A stretch of DNA of 59,430 nucleotides from an uncultured Rikenellaceae bacterium. Its GTDB lineage: Bacteria; Bacteroidota; Bacteroidia; Bacteroidales; VadinHA17. A model generated the notes under the pieces. The model had not been told where the DNA came from. It searched no databases and was given only the letters and a program-made list of their open reading frames with translations. Positions 27,247 through 35,790 of the stretch are shown here, piece after piece. The DNA lies in contig CAZEYY010000002.1 of the NCBI GenBank assembly GCA_964516485.1, positions 3,047 to 62,476 on the forward strand. The letters are read 5' to 3'. Position numbers and translations under genes: made by a program. Numbering within the stretch: position 1 is the stretch's first letter; every line of letters starts with the position of its first letter.

Positions 27247-27356
27247 TTCAGAATGGTTTTAGAAAATATTTAAGCTCTTGCAGAAAGTAAAATTAGCATT
27301 TTTACGTTGAACAAACAGGGCAGTGATAATTTTAATATTTCTAAGCAAAAAGTGTT

Positions 27357-27364
27357 TATTTTTG
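27357..27364 (+). promoter_or_regulatory. Candidate -7 box (TAttTTTG) for gldB
   Basis: It lies 21 nt upstream of the ATG at 27385 and inside the track's N-terminal extension. Confidence 0.3.
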
Positions 27365-27384
27365 AAACCCGGAAACATAAGGCA

Positions 27385-28407
27385 ATGAGGAAAAAAATTT
27401 CAGGATCAGTTTTGCTTCTTTTTATTATTATTTTTGTTAATTCCTGCAAATCAGGGCAATATGATGCAGATATTTCAGGAATTGAAGCTGAAGTCAGCAT
27501 AAAACGGCTTGAAGTGGATTTGTTCACTACCGATCCGTCTGCCCTGCCTGCCACTATGGAAGAACTTAAAAAGAAATATGGCGGATTTCTTCAGCTGTTC
27601 AGTTATGTAATCAATACCGGGGATGTAAATGACAGTTCTTTTACCGATTTTCTTGTCAGGTTCGGCACTGACAAACTGAACACTGAAGTTTACTCATCGG
27701 TTATGAAGGTGTATCCTGACCTGTCCGATACTGAAAAGAAGCTTGGAATGGCATTCAGATGTTACAGGTATTATTTTCCTGAAAATAAAATACCAGCTGT
27801 ATATAGTTGTATCTCAGGTTTCAATAATAGTATTATCACAGGCGATTCAATACTTGGCATAGGTCTCGACAGATATCTGGGAGCAGAGAGTGACTATTAT
27901 CCGCGGCTTGGAATTTATAAATATCTCTCCGACAGGATGACACCTGCTCATCTGGTTCCCGACTGCATTTACGGATGGGGATCGTCAGAGTGGGATTTTG
28001 CCTCTGCAGGATACAGGGACGATAATGTTCTTACGGAAATGATACATGAAGGCAAATTAAGGTATTATCAGAAATGCTTGTTGCCTGAGACTCCTGACGA
28101 GTTGCTTTTCGGGTTTACCGGCGACCAGATAAAATTCTGCAGGAACAATGAGGATCAGATGTGGCTGTACCTGCTTGAGCATGACCTTCTTTTTTCGACC
28201 GACCAGCTGGTTATCAGAAAGCTGACAGGGGAAGCGCCATTTACGTCTTTTTTCACGAATGAATCACCCGGCAGGGCTGCTGCCTGGATTGGTTTCAGGA
28301 TTGTAGAAGCTTATATGGCAAGGAATAAGGGGATTACACTTGCAGAGCTGATGAAAGACACTGATGTCCAGGGTATTCTGGAAAAAGCAAGATATTCCCC
28401 GAAATAA
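27385..28407 (+). CDS. gldB: Gliding-motility lipoprotein GldB
   Basis: It has a lipoprotein signal (LLLFIIIFVNSC) and the GldB-like layout, including ...NESPGRAAAWIGFRIVEAYM...EKARYSPK. The position beside nadE matches what I recall from flavobacteria. Confidence 0.7.
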   Translation: MRKKISGSVLLLFIIIFVNSCKSGQYDADISGIEAEVSIKRLEVDLFTTDPSALPATMEELKKKYGGFLQLFSYVINTGDVNDSSFTDFLVRFGTDKLNTEVYSSVMKVYPDLSDTEKKLGMAFRCYRYYFPENKIPAVYSCISGFNNSIITGDSILGIGLDRYLGAESDYYPRLGIYKYLSDRMTPAHLVPDCIYGWGSSEWDFASAGYRDDNVLTEMIHEGKLRYYQKCLLPETPDELLFGFTGDQIKFCRNNEDQMWLYLLEHDLLFSTDQLVIRKLTGEAPFTSFFTNESPGRAAAWIGFRIVEAYMARNKGITLAELMKDTDVQGILEKARYSPK

Positions 28408-28435
28408 AAAAGGGCGTTGCTGAGCAACACCCTTT
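28408..28435. terminator. Bidirectional hairpin between gldB and the ferredoxin gene
   Basis: The hairpin is aaagggcgttgc-tga-gcaacacccttt, a 12-bp stem with one C/A mismatch. Confidence 0.5.
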
Positions 28436-28455
28436 AATCTCTTCTATGCGGAAAA

Positions 28456-28623
28456 CTATGCCGGATGAATAGCCTCAACAGGACATACATCTGCACATGC
28501 ACCGCAATCAGTACATACGTCCGGATCAATTTTATAGATATCACCCTCAGATATTGCTTCAACAGGACATTCGTCTATGCATGTTCCGCAAGCAGTACAG
28601 TCATCGTTAATTTTGTAAGCCAT
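28456..28623 (-). CDS. 2x[4Fe-4S] ferredoxin (55 aa)
   Basis: Hand translation gives MAYKINDDCTACGTCIDECPVEAISEGDIYKIDPDVCTDCGACADVCPVEAIHPA*, with two CxxCxxCxxxCP motifs. The track lists only the antisense ORF 28465-28647. Confidence 0.85.
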   Translation of the reverse strand: MAYKINDDCTACGTCIDECPVEAISEGDIYKIDPDVCTDCGACADVCPVEAIHPA

Positions 28624-28660
28624 TTCTATTATTTTTTGAATTGTTAATTACAATAATGGC

Positions 28661-28668
28661 CAAAATTA
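28661..28668 (-). promoter_or_regulatory. Candidate -7 box (TAatTTTG) for the ferredoxin gene
   Basis: The minus strand reads taattttg 38 nt upstream of the ATG at 28623. Confidence 0.35.
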
Positions 28669-28709
28669 TCTTATTTTTTGGAATAAGAAAAACATAAATG
28701 ATAAATATA

Positions 28710-29909
28710 TCAATTTGTCAGGAAATTAATTATGAGCCAGCTCATATTTGCAACTCCCGTTCTAAGGCCATCTTCGTCAATATCGAACTCGGCAGTATGC
28801 AATTTTCTGATTTCACCGTTTTCTTTCAGTTTGCCCATGCCGGTTCTGTAGTACAATGAGGGAGCCAGGGCTGAATAGAAGGAAAAATCATCTGAGGTCA
28901 GTCTTGTTTCATAAAATACAACATTCTCTTTTCCAAGCAATTCTCCCGACAGCTTTGCAGCTTTTGCTGTAAGAGCCTCATCGTTTATGAGAGCAGGATA
29001 ACCCTCGGCAATCCTTACAATGATCTCTACACCGTATTCATTTGCAGTTTCCAGCGATATTTTCCTTACAAGTTCAAGCGCCTCTGCTCTCCATTTCTCA
29101 TCAAAGGTCCTGAAGGTGCCCGCAATCTCCACTTTTTCAGGGATCACATTAGTGGCGCCTTCTCCGGATATCTTTCCAATACCCAGGACTGTAGGGATAT
29201 CTTTTTCAGTTGCTGCCGCACTTACTTTTTCCTTCAGCCGTACTACAAGTTTTGATGCAATCAGTATCTGATCGGTTGTTAGGCCTGGCAATGCCGCATG
29301 GCCGCCGGTTCCTTTTACAGTTAAGTATATTTCGTCGCAGGATGCAAGGTATCTGCCAGATATAAAACCTGCCTTGCCGGCTGAAAGTTCCGGCAGATTA
29401 TGTGTGCCGATAATAATATCAGGCTTTATTTCGCTGAAGGCTCCGGCTTCAATCATCATTCTTGCACCGCCGGGCGATTTCTCCTCTCCGGGTTGAAAAA
29501 CCAGCAGGATGGTACCGCCAAATTCTTCAGAAACAGATTTCAGAAGCATGGCACTGCCCATTAATATTGCCATGTGAGCATCATGACCACAGGCATGCAT
29601 TAACCCGGGATTAAGGCTGGAATAATCAGTATTGTTCTTCTCTGTTACAGGCAGGGCGTCCATTTCGGCTCTTACTGCAATTACACCTGATCCTTTGCCG
29701 CTGCCATGAATCACACCTATAATGCCTGTGCCTGCAATGTTATCTCTGAAGCTTATGTTATGTGTTATGAGCCAGTTACGAATGTAGTCTGCTGTCCGGA
29801 ATTCCCTGTATGACAATTCAGGCTGTTTATGAAGATCCCTTCTGAATTTAATTACTTCACCATGAAGCTCTTCAGATCGTTTAATGATTATTTCTTTTAT
29901 GGAGGACAT
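28710..29909 (-). CDS. M20D family amidohydrolase (N-acyl-amino-acid amidohydrolase / hippurate-hydrolase type)
   Basis: Matching blocks are HKQPELSYREF, RAEMDALP, MHACGHDAH and FQPGEE. I moved the start to the ATG at 29909, 1 nt after the upstream stop codon. Confidence 0.85.
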   Translation of the reverse strand: MSSIKEIIIKRSEELHGEVIKFRRDLHKQPELSYREFRTADYIRNWLITHNISFRDNIAGTGIIGVIHGSGKGSGVIAVRAEMDALPVTEKNNTDYSSLNPGLMHACGHDAHMAILMGSAMLLKSVSEEFGGTILLVFQPGEEKSPGGARMMIEAGAFSEIKPDIIIGTHNLPELSAGKAGFISGRYLASCDEIYLTVKGTGGHAALPGLTTDQILIASKLVVRLKEKVSAAATEKDIPTVLGIGKISGEGATNVIPEKVEIAGTFRTFDEKWRAEALELVRKISLETANEYGVEIIVRIAEGYPALINDEALTAKAAKLSGELLGKENVVFYETRLTSDDFSFYSALAPSLYYRTGMGKLKENGEIRKLHTAEFDIDEDGLRTGVANMSWLIINFLTN

Positions 29910-29910
29910 T

Positions 29911-32900
29911 TCAGAAGTCGAGGCTGAAAGAGAGATAGAATATTTTTGGAAGCACATATCCGTTTTCAACTCCCCATGCCCAGTCAGCCCTGACGAAATA
30001 ACCCATTAACTGAGCCCTTGCTCCAAATCCGAATCCTGCAACAATCGGTGAACGGTTTGAATCGAGAGTTACCTGCACCGGGCCGTTTGTGATTACTTCC
30101 CTGTCATAACCATTGTCACTCTTCCATGGCGAGACTCCTGTCCATGCCGATCCGACATCACCGAAACCCACAACCTGCAGACTGTTCAGGAAATTGGACC
30201 TCAGCGGATGACCTACAAGGTACCTTATGACCGGCCATCGTAATTCACTGTTAATCAGTGCAAAATTATTCCCATTGCGGACATTCTGTGAGAAGCCCCT
30301 CATGTTTGTTGCAAGAGCCTGAAAGCTGTAATTCTGGTTTGGAGTTACCGGTGTGCTCTGATCGAACATCTGGGCGCTGTTGAAAAGATAACCCATCCAG
30401 TTGTCTACTCCTCCAAGGTAATAAAGAAGCTTTGTGGGCCCGAATGAAGAACTTGCTGCAAACCTGTTTGCCCAGATAAGTTCCCTGTGGATCTTTATAT
30501 ATTTTCTGAAGTCGACGCCAACGACAAACATGTCGGATTTAGCCCTGTTAAGCTGCTTGTAGTATTCTCCGAAGATCTTTGCCCTTGCTCCGTAATATAT
30601 GTTTATTGCCCTTTTTCGGGTATTGTCGTAGATAGCTTCTCCCTTTAGGCTTGCCCAGTGTTGTGAAATAGTCTTGTATGTGAGCGTGGCAACATCTGTT
30701 GCAAGGAATACATGTTTGTCGTACCTGTATGATACGGTTCCCTTAAGCGCAAGAACAGGAGTAATAGGTTTGGAGAATGTCAGGTACAGGTTATTTGAAT
30801 GTGTTTTGAAGAGAGAGGTGTCGTTGTAGCTGAAGAAAGCCTGTCTGTGGTAGATAAGCTGCTTATCGAAGACTCCTTTCAGGTTCTCGACGCTGAAAAG
30901 ATACTCATTGCTGTCAAAATTGCCAGCGAGCCTGAAGCCTCCAGTCACCCTGTAATTTTCGAACAGGTCTACTGTTCCGAACCTTGTAAGTATATTGAAT
31001 CCCGGATTATAATATGGTGCGCCTCCGCTGTAAACCTGATAGGAGTTATTGAGGAAGCTGAAATCGATCTGGCCTACTATATAGTTGTTGTAAAAAGAAG
31101 TTTCATATATCCTTATCAGCGGGAATTCAAGTTTTGCAGTGTCCAGATCAATATCCATATAATCCTTTCTCCAGAGCTGCTCATAATAATTCTCCTTTTC
31201 CTTCTCAAAAATATAGTGCGATATGTTTATCGGTTCATTTTTAGCATAGTACTCATAGATGGGCTTTGTAAGTGTATCCCGTCTCTTTTTGTCCTCGATT
31301 ATCAGACGCTGACGCAGTTGTTCAATGCTGTCAGCCTTGTGAAGCATCTTTGTCCTGTCTTTCCTGTATTCGGTTGTAAGTATTTCACTTTCAGGTATTC
31401 TGGACTGGTCTCCGAATTCTCCTTTCCGCAGGTTGAATTTCCTCTTACTGAAGAGGACCTCGCTGAAAGTACCCGGTCCGTTTGCTACTGACTGGTTTAG
31501 TATGTTCCTGTCATAATTAGTTACAGGATAAGACTTTATGAAATACCTGTAATGCGATATCGTGTCGATATAGCTTATTGTACTGTCGAAGGTGCCGACA
31601 TACCTGTTGAACACTCCGTTCTGATCGCCAATGTATGTCAGTTTGTTTTTTGAAAAAGGGATTGCCTGAAACCTGTCAGTAAACCTGTCTTCAGGCAGCC
31701 TTGTAAGAACATTGTTTCTTTTGTTAAGGTTATATGTGAATAGATCATATACACTTCCTGGTTTTTCAAAGGGACTTGCATCATTTACAAGCGTATCAGA
31801 AAGCCTGTTCGATGAAAATATGATTTCGCCGGGAGAGTCTTTTAAAAATGATGGATTAAGGTCATCAGGCACGTCTCTTGTTATCTGTTCATTTGTGCCG
31901 GATGAAATTGTATGGATATAAATGTCTGTTATACCGTCCTTAACGGCTGAAAGAACCAGCCTTGAACCCTCGGGAGAATAGGAGAAATCAAGGATTTTGT
32001 CAAAGTAAAGAAGGTTCCTTGTTTCTGTTGTTTTTTCATTAAGGCGGTAAAAGTACATTTTAAGGTCTGCCTTTTCTTCATTCACAAAGGTCAATATTCT
32101 GCCATTGGGGTGCCATGCAATAACCGGATAAGTAGCATCGGTGAACTGTTCAAATTTTGGTTCCTTTCTGAATATTATTTTCTGTTTCCCGGTAGCATTA
32201 TTGTAAAGCCAGATCCGTTTTCGTCCCCAGTCGTTTGTTACGTATGCTATATAATCTCCTCCGGGACTGACCTTTACCTGCTGGATGATCTGATCCTTTC
32301 GTGATTTCCTGATGGTTTTTCCATCATCTCCCGGAAGGGCTTTGTCTTCAGCGTAAAGTTCCCTGTAGAATTCTTTCCAGTCCTTCAGCAGTTCTTTGAG
32401 ATCCTTGCCTATAACATATTGAAAACCATCGTCTATATTCTTGTATATTTTTGTCAGGTACAGGATATTCGGGATAATTGCATCGCCATATTCCTTGCCG
32501 ATGAATCTCCAGAATGACTGGCCGGCATCAACAGCGTCCTCATATTCAAGGTTGTTTATATTGCGGTACTTGCCGGATTTCAGACCATCCTTAACCCTGT
32601 TTTCAGCCTCATAGTCCCACCTGTGGGAGGAATATTTTATCAGGCCTTTTATATACCAGTCAGGCATATTTATTGTCTGGGAACTTGACACCCTGTCACG
32701 TGTCTCGGCATTGTAAAGCATTTCGTTTATAACAACTTCCGCAATTGAAGCAGCTATCTGGTTCTGGAATGCTATATGGTCACCCTCATAATAGAGCATG
32801 ACTTTGTTCTTTATTATCCTGCTGAATCCGCCTATGTTATACGAATCTTCATCAAATGTGACAAGGCCGATATTTGATTGCTTGTATTCGGCGCTTTTGT

Positions 32901-33186
32901 TGTAAATAATGAAGATCATCCTTTTCTCCAGAGTATAGTCGAAGTAATCTTCTATCTCCCCTAGCTTTTTCATTGCATAGTTTGCAGTGAACTGAGCTAT
33001 ATCGCGACCATACTCGTTGAAGTAGCAATCAAAATCATCGAAGCGGTAGTACTGCCAGTAATAATCGAAGTATTGAACCTTGTTTTTGCCGAAGGTCATC
33101 TGATGGCCGTTGTAGAACTGTCCTTCTGCATTGATATACAGAAGGATGGCGATAGTGGAAAATATTAGTTTTCTTAAAAAAGCCAT
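29911..33186 (-). CDS. Large outer-membrane protein with TolB/PD40-like beta-propeller repeats and an Omp85-like C-terminal barrel; function unknown
   Basis: It has the signal peptide MAFLRKLIFSTIAILLYINAEG. PD40-like repeats include SPGGDYIAYVTND and YSPEGSRLVLSAVKDGITDIYI. The C-terminus reads ...GFGFGARAQLMGYFVRADWAWG...FYLSFSLDF. Confidence 0.6.
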   Translation of the reverse strand: MAFLRKLIFSTIAILLYINAEGQFYNGHQMTFGKNKVQYFDYYWQYYRFDDFDCYFNEYGRDIAQFTANYAMKKLGEIEDYFDYTLEKRMIFIIYNKSAEYKQSNIGLVTFDEDSYNIGGFSRIIKNKVMLYYEGDHIAFQNQIAASIAEVVINEMLYNAETRDRVSSSQTINMPDWYIKGLIKYSSHRWDYEAENRVKDGLKSGKYRNINNLEYEDAVDAGQSFWRFIGKEYGDAIIPNILYLTKIYKNIDDGFQYVIGKDLKELLKDWKEFYRELYAEDKALPGDDGKTIRKSRKDQIIQQVKVSPGGDYIAYVTNDWGRKRIWLYNNATGKQKIIFRKEPKFEQFTDATYPVIAWHPNGRILTFVNEEKADLKMYFYRLNEKTTETRNLLYFDKILDFSYSPEGSRLVLSAVKDGITDIYIHTISSGTNEQITRDVPDDLNPSFLKDSPGEIIFSSNRLSDTLVNDASPFEKPGSVYDLFTYNLNKRNNVLTRLPEDRFTDRFQAIPFSKNKLTYIGDQNGVFNRYVGTFDSTISYIDTISHYRYFIKSYPVTNYDRNILNQSVANGPGTFSEVLFSKRKFNLRKGEFGDQSRIPESEILTTEYRKDRTKMLHKADSIEQLRQRLIIEDKKRRDTLTKPIYEYYAKNEPINISHYIFEKEKENYYEQLWRKDYMDIDLDTAKLEFPLIRIYETSFYNNYIVGQIDFSFLNNSYQVYSGGAPYYNPGFNILTRFGTVDLFENYRVTGGFRLAGNFDSNEYLFSVENLKGVFDKQLIYHRQAFFSYNDTSLFKTHSNNLYLTFSKPITPVLALKGTVSYRYDKHVFLATDVATLTYKTISQHWASLKGEAIYDNTRKRAINIYYGARAKIFGEYYKQLNRAKSDMFVVGVDFRKYIKIHRELIWANRFAASSSFGPTKLLYYLGGVDNWMGYLFNSAQMFDQSTPVTPNQNYSFQALATNMRGFSQNVRNGNNFALINSELRWPVIRYLVGHPLRSNFLNSLQVVGFGDVGSAWTGVSPWKSDNGYDREVITNGPVQVTLDSNRSPIVAGFGFGARAQLMGYFVRADWAWGVENGYVLPKIFYLSFSLDF

Positions 33187-33418
33187 CTTAAATTCCTGAT
33201 GTTTCCGGATCATTATTTGCAACAAATACTATTCCAAACGATAAGTCCGGAAGGCAAAACTAATGATAATCTTACTTTAAACATTATAAAACGTTCAAAG
33301 TTTGATTTTTTATTGTTTTAAGAAGAATAAATATTTTTCGGTCTGGTTTTTGCACCTTGTGATGCAACTAATCCTTCAAAGATTTTGTTATTAGGGAATA
33401 GCGGACTTTAAAAATTAG

Positions 33419-33426
33419 TAATTTTG
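33419..33426 (+). promoter_or_regulatory. Candidate -7 box (TAatTTTG) for the DUF1573 gene
   Basis: It lies 28 nt upstream of the ATG at 33454. Confidence 0.35.
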
Positions 33427-33453
33427 CAAATCTTCATAAAGCGTTTAAATAAC

Positions 33454-34560
33454 ATGAATATGAAAAGAATAGTTTTATTGCTTGCCAGTGTGGCCTTTGT
33501 TATGTCACTGAATGCACAGCAGGCTCAGTCGAAGATGCAGCTGCTTGAAACAGAACATGATTTTGGTAAATTCAAGGAAGAAGCAGGAAGGCAGACTTAT
33601 GATTTCGTTGTGAAAAATACCGGGACTGATCCTCTTGTTATACAGAATATTGTTGCTTCATGCGGTTGTACCACACCTGAATGGACACGGTCGCCTATAC
33701 CTGCAGGCGGACAGGGAAAAATAACAGCCATTTATGATCCTAAAGACAGGCCGGGTCCGTTTAACAAGACTCTTTCTGTTTACAGCAATTCACAGAATTC
33801 TGTTGTTGTCCTGACTATAAAGGGAGAGGTAATTCCACGTGAGAAAACTGTTGAGGAATTATTTACCTTCCCGGTTGCAGGTGTGAGGTTTGAAAGCAAT
33901 CACATGGCTTTCACCAATATCAAGAAGACAGAAAAGAAAATACGGGTTATGCAGATAGTAAATACCTCTGACAAGGATGCAAAGGTTGAATTCCTTAATC
34001 TTCCTGCCCACCTTTCACTCAGGATAACCCCTGAGGTTCTGAAGCCTGGTCAGAAAGGACTTGTTGAGGGAAGCTATGATGCCACTAAAAATGCCGGATG
34101 GGGAAACGTAAGCGATATGATCAGGATGAAGGTTAATGATGTGGCTCAGGAGAATGTATATTATTATATCTCAGCTAATCTTGTGGAGGATTTTTCAGGT
34201 CTTTCAAAGGAAGACATGCTTAATGCCCCCGTATTCAGGATTTCATCAAATACTTACGATCTTGGTAAAATAAAAGGATCAACCCAGAATGAAGTAGAAT
34301 TCAAATTCAAAAATGAAGGGAAACGCGATCTGGTAATCAGGCATATCCGTTCAACCTGCGGCTGTACAGCAGTACAGCAGGGTAACCAGGGAGTAGGCAT
34401 AAAGCCGGGCGAGTCAAGCTCAATCAAAGCTACTTTCAGCTCCGGTGGATATAATGGTAAGGTTACGAAGGCAATCTATGTTTATACAAACGATCCGAAA
34501 AATTCCGAAATAGTACTTATGATAAATGCTGAAGTTGAACAGCCTTCAGCAGCAAAGTAA
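33454..34560 (+). CDS. Secreted protein with two DUF1573 domains
   Basis: It has a signal peptide and two copies of the pattern HDFGK/YDLGK ... F.F.N.G..L.I ... SCGCT (ASCGCTTPEW and STCGCTAVQ). Confidence 0.75.
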   Translation: MNMKRIVLLLASVAFVMSLNAQQAQSKMQLLETEHDFGKFKEEAGRQTYDFVVKNTGTDPLVIQNIVASCGCTTPEWTRSPIPAGGQGKITAIYDPKDRPGPFNKTLSVYSNSQNSVVVLTIKGEVIPREKTVEELFTFPVAGVRFESNHMAFTNIKKTEKKIRVMQIVNTSDKDAKVEFLNLPAHLSLRITPEVLKPGQKGLVEGSYDATKNAGWGNVSDMIRMKVNDVAQENVYYYISANLVEDFSGLSKEDMLNAPVFRISSNTYDLGKIKGSTQNEVEFKFKNEGKRDLVIRHIRSTCGCTAVQQGNQGVGIKPGESSSIKATFSSGGYNGKVTKAIYVYTNDPKNSEIVLMINAEVEQPSAAK

Positions 34561-34580
34561 AGACTTAATAAGCAAACACT

Positions 34581-34616
34581 AAGGGTGTGGACATGCTGTC
34601 TTACACCCTTTTTTTG
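34581..34616 (+). terminator. Rho-independent terminator after the DUF1573 gene
   Basis: The hairpin is aagggtgt-(14 nt)-acaccctt followed by a T6 run. Confidence 0.6.
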
Positions 34617-34634
34617 TAATTTAGGGGCTGAAAT

Positions 34635-35726
34635 ATGGAAAAGGAAAATAAAAGCGCATTAAATGTGCAGCAGGGAATCAGCCAGCCTCCAAGCATAAAT
34701 CCGGATCTTCTGAAAAAAGCGGCTCTCAGAAGTAAAAGAAAATACAAGGTTGAGGATTTTGTTGACGGCATTCTGACAGGAAACCGGACAGTGCTCAGCC
34801 AGGCAATAACCCTTATCGAGAGTTCCCTGCCAAAACACAATGAAGAAGCCCAGCTTATTATTGAAAGGTGCCTTCAGTACAGCTCAAACTCTCTCAGGAT
34901 AGGAATAACCGGAGTTCCCGGAGCAGGGAAAAGTACTTTTATTGAAAGCTTCGGTCTTTATCTGATACAACAGGGACGCAAGCCTGCCGTTCTCGCCATC
35001 GATCCAAGCAGTTCTAAGACAAAAGGAAGCATACTTGGCGACAAGACAAGAATGGAGCAGCTCAGTGTACATCCCGATGCCTATATACGACCTTCTCCTT
35101 CAGCGGGAACACTTGGCGGAGTAGCCAGAAAAACGCGTGAAACAATTATACTTTGTGAAGCAGCAGGCTTCGATACAATACTTGTTGAAACAGTCGGGGT
35201 AGGGCAGTCTGAAACAAGCGTGCATTCAATGGTTGATGTGTTTCTCCTGCTAATGCTTGCCGGTGCCGGAGATGAGCTGCAGGGAATAAAAAGAGGCATA
35301 ATGGAAATGGCTGATATAATAGCAATTACAAAAGCCGATGGCCAGAACAAAATGAATGCTCTCACTGCCAGAGCCCTGTATGAAAACGCACTCCACCTGT
35401 TTCCCCGCAACCCCTCAGGCTGGAAACCCCGGGTGCAGACATGCTCAGCACGTATGAATGAGGGTATCAAAGAGCTATGGGGTTCAATAACAGAATATTA
35501 CAACTTCACGAAAGAATCAGGTTTCTTCAGTGATCTCAGGAAACAACAGTCTGTTCTGAGGATGCATGATACAATCTCAGAGTACCTTACAGGCAACTTC
35601 TACAACGACTCAGAAATCAGAATTCTTAAGGCAGAAGTTGAGAAGAAACTCTTTGAAGGTTCAATAACCTCGTATAAAGCTGCCAAAATACTGATAGATA
35701 AATACTGCAGCGGAAGAGGATGTTGA
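34635..35726 (+). CDS. meaB: Methylmalonyl-CoA mutase-associated G3E GTPase (MeaB/ArgK)
   Basis: It has the P-loop GVPGAGKSTF, the block ETVGVGQSE, and the NKAD-like motif ITKADG. Confidence 0.88.
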   Translation: MEKENKSALNVQQGISQPPSINPDLLKKAALRSKRKYKVEDFVDGILTGNRTVLSQAITLIESSLPKHNEEAQLIIERCLQYSSNSLRIGITGVPGAGKSTFIESFGLYLIQQGRKPAVLAIDPSSSKTKGSILGDKTRMEQLSVHPDAYIRPSPSAGTLGGVARKTRETIILCEAAGFDTILVETVGVGQSETSVHSMVDVFLLLMLAGAGDELQGIKRGIMEMADIIAITKADGQNKMNALTARALYENALHLFPRNPSGWKPRVQTCSARMNEGIKELWGSITEYYNFTKESGFFSDLRKQQSVLRMHDTISEYLTGNFYNDSEIRILKAEVEKKLFEGSITSYKAAKILIDKYCSGRGC

Positions 35727-35734
35727 TTTTTCCT

Positions 35735-35742
35735 TATATTTG
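35735..35742 (+). promoter_or_regulatory. Candidate -7 box (TAtaTTTG) for the TlpA-like gene
   Basis: It lies 49 nt upstream of the ATG at 35791. Confidence 0.3.
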
Positions 35743-35790
35743 CACGAACTTTTTAAACCATAACCGGTTATACATTCAAAGATAAATAAA

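Noticed and set aside
28465-28647. A 60-aa plus-strand track ORF.
   Set aside because: The opposite strand encodes a textbook 2x[4Fe-4S] ferredoxin with two CxxCxxCxxxCP motifs, so the plus-strand frame is the shadow.
28669-28686. The hairpin cttatt-ttttgg-aataag downstream of the M20 gene, considered as a terminator.
   Set aside because: The 6-bp stem is almost entirely A/T base pairs, which is too weak to call with confidence.
30799-31491. A 230-aa plus-strand ORF inside the large outer-membrane protein gene.
   Set aside because: It lies entirely antisense to a well-supported 1,090-aa CDS. Its peptide is low-complexity with no motifs, and it has no promoter box or sensible start context. 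This is typical of a shadow ORF.
33187-33453. The 267-nt divergent intergenic region, considered as a possible sRNA or riboswitch. It contains TTCAAAG repeats and a TTGCA-N8-TGCAA inverted repeat.
   Set aside because: The repeats are short and AT-rich, and I recognised no conserved riboswitch core or stable structure. The region is most simply two divergent promoter regions.
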